A DNA stretch of 64,000 nt, from positions 103,547,741 through 103,611,740 of the forward strand of contig CM041465.1 in assembly GCA_023213395.1 (NCBI GenBank), given 5' to 3'. This document shows, in pieces, positions 49,598 through 60,950 of this stretch. How positions within the stretch are numbered: position 1 is the first letter of the stretch; every line of letters starts with the position of its first letter. The notes under the pieces are model-generated. The model searched no databases, had not been told where the DNA came from, and saw nothing but the letters and a program-made list of their open reading frames with translations. The position numbers were made by a program, and so were the translations under genes. The stretch comes from Cycas panzhihuaensis. Taxonomy: Eukaryota > Plantae > Cycadophyta.

Positions 49598-52065
49598 TGT
49601 TGAAATTGAACAGAGAGCAAAGTAGAGTAGGTAAACGTAAATATTTAATCTATATTACAAATGTGTTCAAAATATATTATATATTAATCCATCTTTGAAG
49701 AAGAGTGTATAAATATTCCAAAGCAGGCAGTGTTAATAAATACTACGGTTATGTACCCCATAGAATATATAGTTATAAGGGAGGAGGGAAACCTCCTCAA
49801 CCTCTAGAATTTAAAATAATATAAAATAATGCATAACTTAACATTAAAAATAAACTTACCTAAGTTACCATTGAAGCTTATGTGGTGTATATTTCTAATA
49901 TAGGGTCATGTGGCGAACATTAACCCAACATTCTCCCCCTTAATAGTCATCACATATATCTTTATCTTCTCTTTGAACTTGTGACGCCTATAATTGAAAA
50001 AGACTTTGAATACTTGTCCTTTAATTTTATCATCATTCGTGAAGTAGTCATTAACTCACCTTATTATCCTTTAAATAATATGTGTCTCTTTAATATTATG
50101 TAGTTCAAATGGCTTTTAGGTCCGTGTGGCTTGATTTGAATGAGTAGAGACGGCTTTGTCTTGATCTTTATCTTTTACTTTAGTCAAGTCCAAGGTATAT
50201 ATCATCTCACCAAATGTAATATTATAGTCATTATTTTTATTGAAATCTATGCTAATACAAGTAACATTAGTCTTGTCATCAAAATGCACCTGCTCTAACA
50301 TCTGCCTCATAGAAAAAATATCATCAATATAATTAGTAATATTAAATTTCAAGGTATCTCCCCCATAAACCAATTCTAAAGTATCTCATACAGATTTCAA
50401 TGTGGTCATTTCATAAACATTAGAAAATACATTATCATTTATGTTATAAAATAATAGGGTTAGGGCTTTATTATCCTTTTTTATATCTTTTTAAGTATTT
50501 GGTTTATATCTATTTTTTATATATTTCCAATAGTCATTTACAATAAAGTATATTTTTATTATTGTACTCCATAATTAAAAATCATTTTCGTCAAATATAA
50601 GAAAGCTTATGTTACTTAGATTCATTGCCATTGTATATAAGATTTTAGTGCATGATAAAAAAGTATGATTTTTAATGAAGAAATAAGAAGACTAATCCTC
50701 AAATAAATAAATGACTTGAAATAAGTAATACTTCTATATCAATTTACTATGAAAAGAAGTAAATAATCAAGATATTACTTTTTTAATAAAATAAAAAATG
50801 AATACCAATATGCAAGCTAATATCTTTCAAATTAAGATGCTCTTTAAAAATAAAGTACACAAGAATACTATATGAACCTTCTCTAAGTGACACAATAAAT
50901 CAATACAACCTTCAATATTTGAATGCTATTAAATCTTAGAATGTTAAGTGAACTTAAAAGCATAGCATAAGCAAAGGAACTTATAACTATGCCTTTGTAA
51001 TGCCTTTCTCAAGCTTAAAAAAAAAAACTTTGAGATAAGTAAGAAAGCTTCTTTGACTAATAAACTAATGAACTTTAAGATACATGACAAATGTTACAAA
51101 TATTCTTTGTACTAATGTAAATCAAATGACAAGAAGCTCCTTTGTAAATTTAAAAGTAAACTAGGTATACCTTAAATTTTTCAAGGAGATATAATATTTG
51201 AAATAATCAAATATACTAAAAAAATATTATATATTCAGATGAAAGTGTAAAACAAAGTAAGTGGTCAAGGTAAGTAGCATCAATTTGATGTATTGATCTA
51301 AGTAGACCTCTTAATCCTCAAGAAGTTAAAACTGATGCTAAAAAATTGTAAATCAATTTATAATCTTATAAAACCAATAAATATCATCAAATAACTAATT
51401 AGTTACAAATAATACTCAAATATAATTAATTAAGATTAAAAAATTAGCTCAAAAATATTGTAAACTTATATGATTAGGGCTAAAATAGAGGCTTGACTTA
51501 AAGAGCTTTAAATACCTGCAAAACAATATCAAAATAAGATAAAACTAGTTCTAATGTGTAGAACTCTAAAAATTATTTCTGTCAATTCGTATGGTTTGAA
51601 AAACGGAGTTATAATAGTCAAGTTATTGAAAAAACAACGAACATACTCCTTTTTGGTAAGTGAAGTAAGTGTAGAAAAGAAGGTCAACTTTGATCGACTT
51701 AAATGCTACAGAAACAAACTCAAAATGAACAAAGGTTAGAATTGAACAGTGAGCAGAGGAGAGCAGGTAAACTAAATATCCAATCCATATTGCAAATGCA
51801 TTTGAAATACATCATATATTAATCCATCTTTGAAGAAGAGTGTACAAATATTCCAAAGTAGGTAGTGTTAATGAACACCGGGGTTATGCACCCCATAGAA
51901 TATATAGTTGTGAGGGAGGAGGGAAACGTCCTCAACCTTTAGAATTCAAAATAATATAAAATAATGCATAACTTAACATTAAAAATAAACTTACCTAACT
52001 TACCATTAAAGCTTGTGTAATGCATATTTCTAATGTAGGGTCATGTGGTGAACATTAACCCAACA
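49598..52065 (-). mobile_element. Non-autonomous gag-only LTR element (TR-GAG-like)
   Basis: ~333-bp direct repeats at 49598-49930 and 51734-52065. TSD CCTAA at 49593-49597 and 52066-52070. Minus-strand PPT AGGGGGAGAA at 49931-49940. Internal 1.8 kb has only a copia gag N-terminus. No canonical PBS seen. Confidence 0.88.
50116..50631 (-). pseudogene. Truncated copia-type gag (DUF4219/UBN2-like)
   Basis: MAMNLSNISFLIFDENDF*LWS...YWKYI...KKDNKALTLLF...TLKSV*DTLELVYGG, in frame with ORF 50116-50373. Confidence 0.75.
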
Positions 52066-53946
52066 CCTAACTCAACCTAAGTAACATTAACATCTCATAT
52101 ACAGGTTAACATGGTTAGTTTGAGACTAAATAAGTAATACATCACCCATGTTCCTATGCTAATTAACATTAAGCTTACTACCTACAAAGGGTAGGAGTTA
52201 AGAGATAACCTCCTATAAAAGGGATGTTGGTTGGGGCTTCGAGTTTACTCCGCTAGTTATTGGAGGGGATTTGGAGTCCAACGAATTTATTTTTTGTGCT
52301 TTTAGTCTTAAGTCCTTAAGGGTTATTTATAATATATATTTGTACTTGTATTTTCTTGTAAGAGGAAGGTTTTGATGTAATCATCTAGAGGGATGGTGGA
52401 GATAACGTTCTCTCCTTTTTTTTTTGTTATATTATGTATGTAATTATTTTAATTTAAGGAATCAACCATTTGTTAAAAATTGAGTCATTGACTTATTCGA
52501 TGATATTAATAATCCAGGATTGGAACATAAAATGATTGAAGACACTGTTATTATATAAAAGGATTTTACATTATATAATGACTTACATTGGGAAGTGGTA
52601 TAGATTGACCACCTAAAGTGCCTTAGAGAATCGAAAGAACATATGCAACAATGACTATGAAATTTGTGTTTTGTTTAACTCTTATGGTTATAAGACCATT
52701 AAAGGTTCTTATAAGAGTTGTAAGCAATGTAGTAAGAAAATTATTCAAGGGGATGACGCTGGTTGTAAGAAGCCATCGCCTTGAGTTACAAAAACTTAAA
52801 AGGAAATCAAATGGGGTATTTTAGTATGATAAAAAACTTGAGTCTATTTCCATAAGATTTAGCACAAGCTAACTAATTTACAAGATATATTAGATGAATA
52901 ACTAATTAATGAATTATTATAATAACATTTGATCTTAAAGGATGTGAACATTTAATAGCCACAATGATCTGGTGCTGTTTCTAATTAATAAGATAATGAC
53001 TAGATCCTAATTGTGATAGTCTCTATATTGCTAAATTGCTTCTATCTTATTTTTGTCTTAAATGAATGATGATTAGATCTTAATTAAGTTATATCCCCTA
53101 AATTCTAAGAAATAATTATAAACTAAATTTGATTCTTAAAAATACTTGGGTTTTACCTTGTCAAAGCTTAAGATTTCATCCCCTTATCTTGTGTGCAACT
53201 ATATGGTTTATATACACAACTATACTTTATAAGATTAGTTGTAAAACATGTATACAAGGTTATAGTAGATTTGTATAGTAGGCTATACATTTTCTTTTCA
53301 TATAATCATGAATGCTATAGGGGTAGGGGGTAGTTCTTCTTCAAATGCCTTAAAGAAGTATAATAAAGCCTCATAAACAAGTGATGAGAATGGTGACACC
53401 TCTTTCTAATTAAGAAAGTAATTCGAGTTTAAATCCATATGAAAGCGATTGCTTTACCCTCATGGGCTTAAAAAGTATACTATAATTAATTAACATTATG
53501 TCGGAAACCATATATTCTTCTACTCTACGTATAACCAAGGAAAACGGAATCTTTACCCTTTACAAGGTTATCTTTCCATGTGATAAATGAGAAACCACTC
53601 GCAAGACGACGTAGATTATTTTTCAATAAATACAAATTAATTAGTAAACGTAACCCATTTTAATCTCTCTTCAATCTCAGCTGACCTGCTTTCTCTTTTG
53701 AACCTTTTTATCGATCGAGTAGGCATCGGGTGGTAACGGTTAACCGTTGGTTATATCTTGGAATTCATGTTTTACAGGAGAAACCGTGGATGTGAAGTTT
53801 CTTGTAATGTTTGTAGGTCTGCCTTTTATACCAATTCGTTTTAAATTGCAGGAAGAACTGGCATTCTTCGTTTTCTGTTTTATCATCTTCAACGTTATTC
53901 CGTTATTCCATAAATATCAAGCAGAATGCTTCGTCAGTACATGTGT

Positions 53947-54097
53947 TAGGGTTTGGGAATGATGTACAGCGATAAATATTTTCTTTCGTTGTTTTGTTAT
54001 TCTGGGGTTTAGTCACGGCGTCTGGTTTCGATAATGTTCGATATTAATTCTGCTTTGAATGAATGCTAGGGTTATTTCCCGACGCATTTTAGGGTTT
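53947..54097. promoter_or_regulatory. Telo-box motifs in the CpG-rich PRP38 upstream/5' UTR region
   Basis: TAGGGTTT at 53947-53954 and 54090-54097. 53590-54200 is CpG-rich compared with the flanks. Confidence 0.5.
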
Positions 54098-54142
54098 ATA
54101 AAAGCAGCCAGGTAGTGACTTACGGTCTTATCGAAGGGAAAT

Positions 54143-54432
54143 ATGGCGAACAGAACAGACCCGGCGGCAAAAAGCGTTCATGGCACTAACCCTCAGAATC
54201 TGGTGGAGAAGATTCTACGGTCCAAAATCTACCAGAACTCCTATTGGAAGGAACAATGCTTCGGGTTAACGGCAGAAACGCTGGTGGACAAGGCAATGGA
54301 GCTTGACCACTTTGGAGGCACTTATGGCGGCAACAGAAAGGCGACTCCATTTATGTGTCTCATGATGAAGATGCTCCAAATTCAACCAGAAAAGGAGATT
54401 GTAGTAGAGTTTATTAAGAACGAAGATTACAA
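54143..54432 (+). CDS. PRP38: Pre-mRNA splicing factor PRP38, first coding exon
   Basis: MANRTDPAAKSVHGTNPQNLVEKILRSKIYQNSYWKEQCFGLTAETLVDKAMEL...PFMCLMMKMLQIQPEKEIVVEFIKNEDYK. Donor AA|GTAAGT at 54433. The expected next exon (YVR.LGAFYLRL) was not found in the window. Confidence 0.96.
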
Positions 54433-56904
54433 GTAAGTCATTAGCTCCTTCTTCTTGAGTTTATTAAAATTATTGAATGTCATGGTGCCTATGTGGTGCA
54501 GAGCGATCGCTTTGACCATGCTTGATGAGGGATGTACTGTGGTAATTTCATCATTCTTAAGATATTTGGTCGTTATTTTATTTTTTTATGTATTGCGTGA
54601 TGCCGGCTAGTATGTGTTGCACAATACCAGTGTCGATCAAAGAAATGTTAGGATCGTTGGAATCTGCAACTGATATTCCCCGTTTTATAATCTCCATTGA
54701 TGCCTTTTTGGTTCATGTCTGTGGCGATAGTTTTGGGACATGGAAATCGCGGGGTGTTCAAAATAGTGTCGCCAACAGAAAACACAAAAATCTGTAATAA
54801 ATATTTGCTAGATTATATTCAAGATATTATTTAACAACTGTAAGGCATTTTGAAATTATGAAAGCCAGTCTTGAAACAGTTCTGCAATGCCTTGAAATGG
54901 CACAAAACAGACTGAAATGGTCCCAAAGTTGTGAAGTGCCTAGAAGTCGTCCCTGAATTGGCTGACGCTTTCCTAAACCATATTATAGATAGTCTAAGAA
55001 TCTTATGGAATGTTAACTGGATTCTTGAAACTAAACATCGCTCTTGTGACTTGATGCTTTTCCGATACACAGAAATGTGAATTGTCCTCCTAGACTGTCC
55101 ATATAGTGAGATGTTCAATATTATTAATCATTAGTTTTCCTGATGTGTTTATCTCATCTGCTTTTTTTTTCGCTATTCCAATTGCTATATTTTGCATTGG
55201 GTCAGGTATGATGTGGAGGGCTTCATGCCATGTTCATTTTTACTATCCTTGGCCTTTGATTTAACTGTGGTGGCTGTTGTCAGAGTTTATATTTTGTTGT
55301 ACAGTAGGGTATGGATGAAGGTAGGAATATCTCTATTTGTGTACACTAGGCGATGTTGATGTTTGGTGATATAATGGCAGGTTAGTGTGTATTAGGTAGT
55401 GGACATCTGAGCCTTCTTGTTCATAGTGTACTATAGGATAATGGTGGTCATTCTCCTTCCAAAAATTGCCCTTCCACTCACAAAGGGATAGGTACTTGCA
55501 TTCTTATCTTGTTGCCAGTTCACTCTAATCCCATTGCTAGTTAAAGCAGACATGATATAAATCCACTTATTTAAGTAAAATAGACTCTAGTCAGATTAGG
55601 GTTATTGTGATTTCACTTATAGGTCTATGGAAAGATTATAATAAACCTCATAGTTTTTCTTTCCAAGTGATAGTATGATCTTGTATATTTATCATGTTGT
55701 TCTTTGTTCTCTCTCCATTCATTTTACACATTCATATCAATCAACACATGGCATAGTAAATGGGCAAAACCACAATATATTATCCAAAGGATATAATCAA
55801 GAGGTGTGAACTATGGGTTGCAATTCATTGTAACAACTAAAGTTCACAAATCATTAGCTATTCAATTTTAAACACATTGATGATGAAAGTCATTAAATAT
55901 TGGTGGCTGACTAATCACAAAAACTAGCATATTCTCTCTCTCTAAAGATACTAATCTTCATAATTGTAAATTGGGTATTGCAATATTTCAAGATTAGATT
56001 ACTATCTTTATTAGTCAAATTTGATGTTTTTCATATCATCATAAATGGGTGGTGAATGTCGTCCATTTGAGTGCTATATTTTTCAAAAGTGAGCATTGCA
56101 AGTCAAACTCTATATTTGCCAAATTGATTGCATGTATTGAATTCTTTATTGTGTCGATAGGCACCCTCAACTCACTTCTCTAGTGACTATTTACTCCACT
56201 CTTTAAACGAGAGTAATTAAAAAAAATCAATTCTATTCCATTATGCTAAAATTTGTGCAAATATAAGCCATACTTGCGTTGTGCAAGACACTCCTACTTG
56301 ATGCAACACAGAGGTGAGCCACATGTCTCCCATTTACACCTTTTTTTGCGTTTATTCTTCTTACCATGAATGATTGACTGTTGATTCAACAATTCATGTC
56401 TTTATGTTTGTCTACTATCGTTCCTTGCAATATGTTTGTTCAAGACAGTGAAGCCACATTAGAAATTTTCAATAGGCCCAAAGAATTGTCAACATATATC
56501 TATAACCACTAGTTTAGCAGGAGAAATGAAGTTCGTTTCTCCTTTGCCCAACCACAACCTCTGAAGCCTATCGCCACTCTCAGACTGTTATAGTCTGTAC
56601 TAGTATTCTTCTTACATCTCCTTGTTCAGTATTGCATTGAGTGCATCTATTCAAACAAAATTTTGAAAAACCCGTTCAATGTTTCTTTTATTTTCTAATT
56701 TCTAGAGAAGCAAATTTTGAGTTGGTATTGTGTGCTCCTAATTGGTTAAAAAAAGAAAGATAAAAAAAAGGGAATTTAAGGAATTTATTTAATGCTTGTT
56801 TGTGTGTGCTTATACCTAAGCTACATCAATAAGTAGGTACAAGAGAACAACAATTATCTTAATATAGTCCTATCCATGGGAACCTTAAGAGACATACACC
56901 AATC

Positions 56905-58894
56905 TGTTAGTGGAACAAAACCATAATCATTCTATTATGACGGGTCGCATCTGGTTCTCATACAACCAAAAGTAAACTCGGAGCAGTACACAAAACGTTT
57001 ACAAATATATAGTACACAATAAGTTACATTACAATCACACAAGCGCATGGTGCTCTGTGATCCATAATTACTCACACACACGCACACCCATCTGCCAAAA
57101 TTTCTTCTATATTTATTCCCTTTTTGCATCCTGGAGATAACCTCAATTCCTCAGTAGGTTGCAACCACTTCGATCCAAAAATATCGACTTTTTGATTACT
57201 GACCGTTTTTGAATGTGACCACTTTTCTTTTTCATTGCGACCACATGGTTGCAAGTGACTTTTGTCAATCGCACACATCTTCCCCATCACTATTTTTATT
57301 GAGTGCTCTCACTTGTAATTAATCAAAATAAAAAAAAAAACTTTACTATCTATTCCTTCCCTCCAAAAAATTTTTATTCTAGCCCTCACGCTTTTTCTTA
57401 ATCTTTGCCATTGTTAGATGGACTTTTTGAGGGTTAGGTCAGTACACTTTATAGGGTGGATTGATTCCTTGCTTCCTCCAATGGTCATAAAGGATCCCAA
57501 CATCTTGCAACACTTTCAACTGGGCCATTGTGGGTTTTTCTCCTAAGTGAAGGTGCTCAATTTCTTCTTCTAATTCTTTGTTTTTTTATCTCCATGGAGG
57601 CTAAATCCCTTTGCAATCAAGAAATCATTGATCAAAAATGATTTGCATGTGCAACGTCCTCTCGTGTTTGCAAAATCCATCCCCCTGCCCTATTCACAAC
57701 CTTTCTTAGTCGTGGTGGAATTCGCTTATCAAACATACCATAAAATTTTTACTAAATGTTCCACCCTGGATACGTCTTCTACCTAATGCATAATAAACTT
57801 GATTAGAAATTCCAACTTGGCTTCATAAGCAGCCAATTGATCTTCCGCCTTCTGGATTTGTCGCAAATCAGGAGGTGGTCGTTTATCTTGGGCTTCTAAT
57901 TCATTCACTAATTGTCTAATTACTTTAGCTAAAAATGAAAATTTTCAATGCGCCACATTATGTGATTTGCACTCCATCCAATCAATTCCTTCCTCCACAA
58001 ATTTTTCTTCATTAAAATCAAAATCTAACTTGGCTGGTTGGTTGTTTAGCATTTTTATTATTTTTTGTTGCCTCTTTTTTGCTGCAAGTTTTCTTTTCTT
58101 TTTCCTTTCCTCTTCTGTACTTGTCAGCTTATCACTTTGTTGTGCTGGTTGGGATTTCTCTTCCAGGATTTTCTGCTTGACTGTCACCCCTCCTCCTTCT
58201 TTTTGTTTCTCCCTTTTGATTTTTTCTCTTTTATTTTTCTGTCTCTTTCTCGCTTTCTCGCTAGTCTTCTTCTGCTTCTTTTGTATCTGTTTCTCAATTG
58301 GTAAGGTCGCCTCTATTCGTTGCCCTTCACTTTGATCCACTTGGGGATAATTTGCCTTATTTTTTTGCAAAAACCAATCTTTTACCTTTTCTTGAGTTTG
58401 AGTTAGCCATGTCTTTTCTTGTTTTTTAAAATATTCTATCCAGTCAGTTAGGACTAATTGTCCTTGCTTAGCTTGAGGTAAGTCCAAACTCGGATATTGT
58501 GAATACATCAATCCTTGAAACGAGGTCTGATGATAAAATACTGTAGGTTGAGTACTCCCTTTGATATTATTTAGTTTTTTTAAAAGTTTACCAGATAAAA
58601 AGGAATCCCAATTGAATTTTTCTCCTTGTGCCACTCTCAGGAGCATTGATCTCATCTCTGTTGGCACGTACAAATTCTTTTGACTCAAGATAACTCAAGT
58701 GAAAAGAAAATGGGCCATCCATTGCCTATGCTCTTCTGTAATGCCTACAATCTGTATGCCAGAAGTAGAGATGTTCGATACTCTAGCGCCTAATTGCTTT
58801 GCTGCTTGTTCTCAAGGAATTCTTTTATCTTTGGGTATTTTTCATCTCTGATCTTCCACAGTTGCTTCTAATACTCAATCTGCTTTCTGGTTTG
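56905..58894 (-). mobile_element. Truncated 3' end of an LTR retroelement with an extra (env-like/accessory) ORF
   Basis: The ORF 57945-58688 frame extends both ways past TGA stops (~58890 to ~57740). It has GEKFNWDSFLSGKL..FY, a Lys/Glu-rich segment and a coiled-coil-like tail. It is followed on the minus strand by purine tract AAAAAGGGAATA (~57114-57125) and an LTR-like end (plus-strand TGTTAG at 56905). Confidence 0.5.
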
Positions 58895-58976
58895 CGTCTT
58901 GTTGCAAATTTTTAATCACTGTGTTATATACTGTATCTCGTCTTGTTGCAAATTTTTAATCACTGTGTTATATACT
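58895..58976. repeat. Perfect 38-bp direct repeat (period 44)
   Basis: CGTCTTGTTGCAAATTTTTAATCACTGTGTTATATACT at 58895-58932 and 58939-58976. Confidence 0.9.
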
Positions 58977-60239
58977 ATGTCTTTTGCAAAACCACTATCA
59001 TTCAAAATATGGGTTATAATATCTAGGTTGCAACTAAGTCACATCATTATTACCTTGCGTCATGCACGAAAGCCATTCATCACAGCCTACCTCACTACTA
59101 TTACCCCCACTACATTTTGTTATGGCTATTAAATTCTATCATTATTGTTTGATGCTCAAATCATATCATTTTGTGGGCATATCTTGTCGATATGACTTCT
59201 TGATGGTAATTACCGTCATCTTGATTCTTTGTAACTCCCATAGCCCAACAACCTTTATCATTCTTTTTCTCTTTTTTCAAGATAGATCGCAAATTTTTTT
59301 ACAGTTAATTCTTTGTTTATAGTATTCAATTGCAAATACAATTTCCTCTTTTAATTCAAAATTATCACTTCCGAATGACGTTTTTTTGATTAATGATTTT
59401 TTTTTTTATTTAGATTGTTTTTTCAATTTTCCTTTCTTAATGATATACTTTATGTAAATTGCAACTTTTTATTGTTAGGTAGCCATTTATAAATTTCTGT
59501 CATCTTATTGTAACTTCCTCTCAAAATGTTGCAACTAGCAACCATCTTCGTCCCAAGTTGTCATCGTTTACCCTCGAGTTGCAATTTCAACTTCTTGGTT
59601 GTGACTATCTGTTAAACCTTATGTTTAAATGTTAAGTTAATGTACTTTTATTTTTCATGTAATATATGCACTTTCACTTTAGGGGTGACTTATCACTTAA
59701 GTGATAAAGTGCACACCCACATTCTTTCTGGTGACACAACGTTGTCACTAAAGGGTCAAATGGACCCTCATGCACTTTTGCACTTGATACAAGTCATGTA
59801 TCTTGGATGTTTGACACTTGTCAAACATCCAAGGCCTTAGGTGAGGATCCAAGGCATGATCCAAGTCATATCTTGGATGTTTGACACTTGTCAAACATCC
59901 AAGGCCTTAGGTCTCTCATTTCACTCTATATAATGAGACCTCTCCTCATTGTCTCATAAGGAGAGTTGGAGTCGTATTGTTACCCTATTCGTTTGCTAAT
60001 CAAACTGTTTTCTTCTTGGGAGGTTGGACCAATTCCAACTCCACATATTGGGTATCATTTTCTCTTGCTCCTATTTCAGTTTGTGCTCTTTATGCTTTCA
60101 TGCTTTCATAGTATTGTGATTGTACTTATGATCTTGGGATTAATGTGGCCTAATGCCCATTTTCCATATTTGGTATCAGAGCCTTAAGGTCTCTGTTTAA
60201 GCACCTTTTTTTTTTTATCTCGCTATTTGTTTTGGACAT

Positions 60240-60950
60240 CATTCATCGCCAAGTCAAGAGGGTCGTCCATCTCAAGAGATCGCCATCTCGTCAAGACTGT
60301 CATCACAGCCACATCATTCATCGCCAAATCAAGACTCAAGGTCGCCAACTCAAGACTCGGAAGGTTGCCAACTCACCCATTTCTAGCCGCCAACCCGGCT
60401 CATTGAGATCGCTAACTCGGCTAATTGAGATCGCCAAATCAAGACTCAAAAGATCGCCAAATTAGCACTCGAAGGTCGCTAACTCAAGACTCAAGGTCGC
60501 CAACTCACCCATTTCTAGTCGCTAACCCAGCTCATTGAGATCGCTAACTCAAATTTCATTGAGATCGCCAAATCAAGACTGTATATCGCCAAATCAAGAC
60601 TCAAGATCGCCAATCAAGACTCACTTGGTCGTCCATCTCAAGACTTGATCAGGCTAACTCAAGACTTTAGCAGTCGCCACTCATCATTTCGGATTAATAC
60701 TCAAGACTTTAGCGAGGCTTACTCACCGCCAAATAAGCGATCAAATTGCCAAATCAGCGGTCCAACATCGCTAAATCAAGATTCAACATCGCTAACTCAA
60801 GATTCAAAGATTGCTACCACCGCCAACTCAAAGACAACATCGTCCTCTTCATTTTTCCGGCTCATTAAGTGCTCAATCGCCGGCAAGTATTCCACTCATC
60901 TCGATTGCAAGAAGTCGGCCATCGGTCGATCCGCCAACTCAAGAAGTTGA
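60240..60950 (+). repeat. Degenerate tandem motif TCGC(C/T)AA(C/A)TCAAGA in the copia #5 leader
   Basis: Roughly 20 or more imperfect copies, e.g. 60321, 60342, 60431, 60477, 60565, 60587, 60607. Confidence 0.85.

Larger units (their letters stand above)
31457..53657 (+). repeat. Decayed tandem array of ~2.8 kb units (about 5 copies, starting at ~31457, 33395, 36163, 39029, 52484); unit 4 is interrupted by three LTR insertions
   Basis: The anchor GATGCTCTTATTATATAAGAGGA recurs at ~31515, 33452, 36221, 39087 and 52541. Homologous ORF-track peptides at 32781 and 35580. Unit 1 has an internal deletion. Unit 3 has an internal re-duplication (~36890-37235 repeated at ~37770-38100). Confidence 0.9.

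Noticed and set aside
31457-53657. Tandem array as a Helitron concatemer
   Set aside because: No convincing 5'-TC or hairpin-CTRR terminus. The best candidate reads ATTAGT, not ACTAGT, even in the least-decayed copy.
55201-55240. CAG|GTATGATGTG as PRP38 exon 2
   Set aside because: Translates YDVEGF, not the conserved YVR.LGAFYLRL.
57967-58335. Hydrophobic Phe-rich plus-strand ORFs as membrane proteins
   Set aside because: They are the antisense shadow of the Lys/Glu-rich minus-strand ORF.
60240-60950. CRISPR-like array
   Set aside because: Eukaryotic retrotransposon leader; repeats are degenerate, with no unique constant-length spacers and no cas genes.
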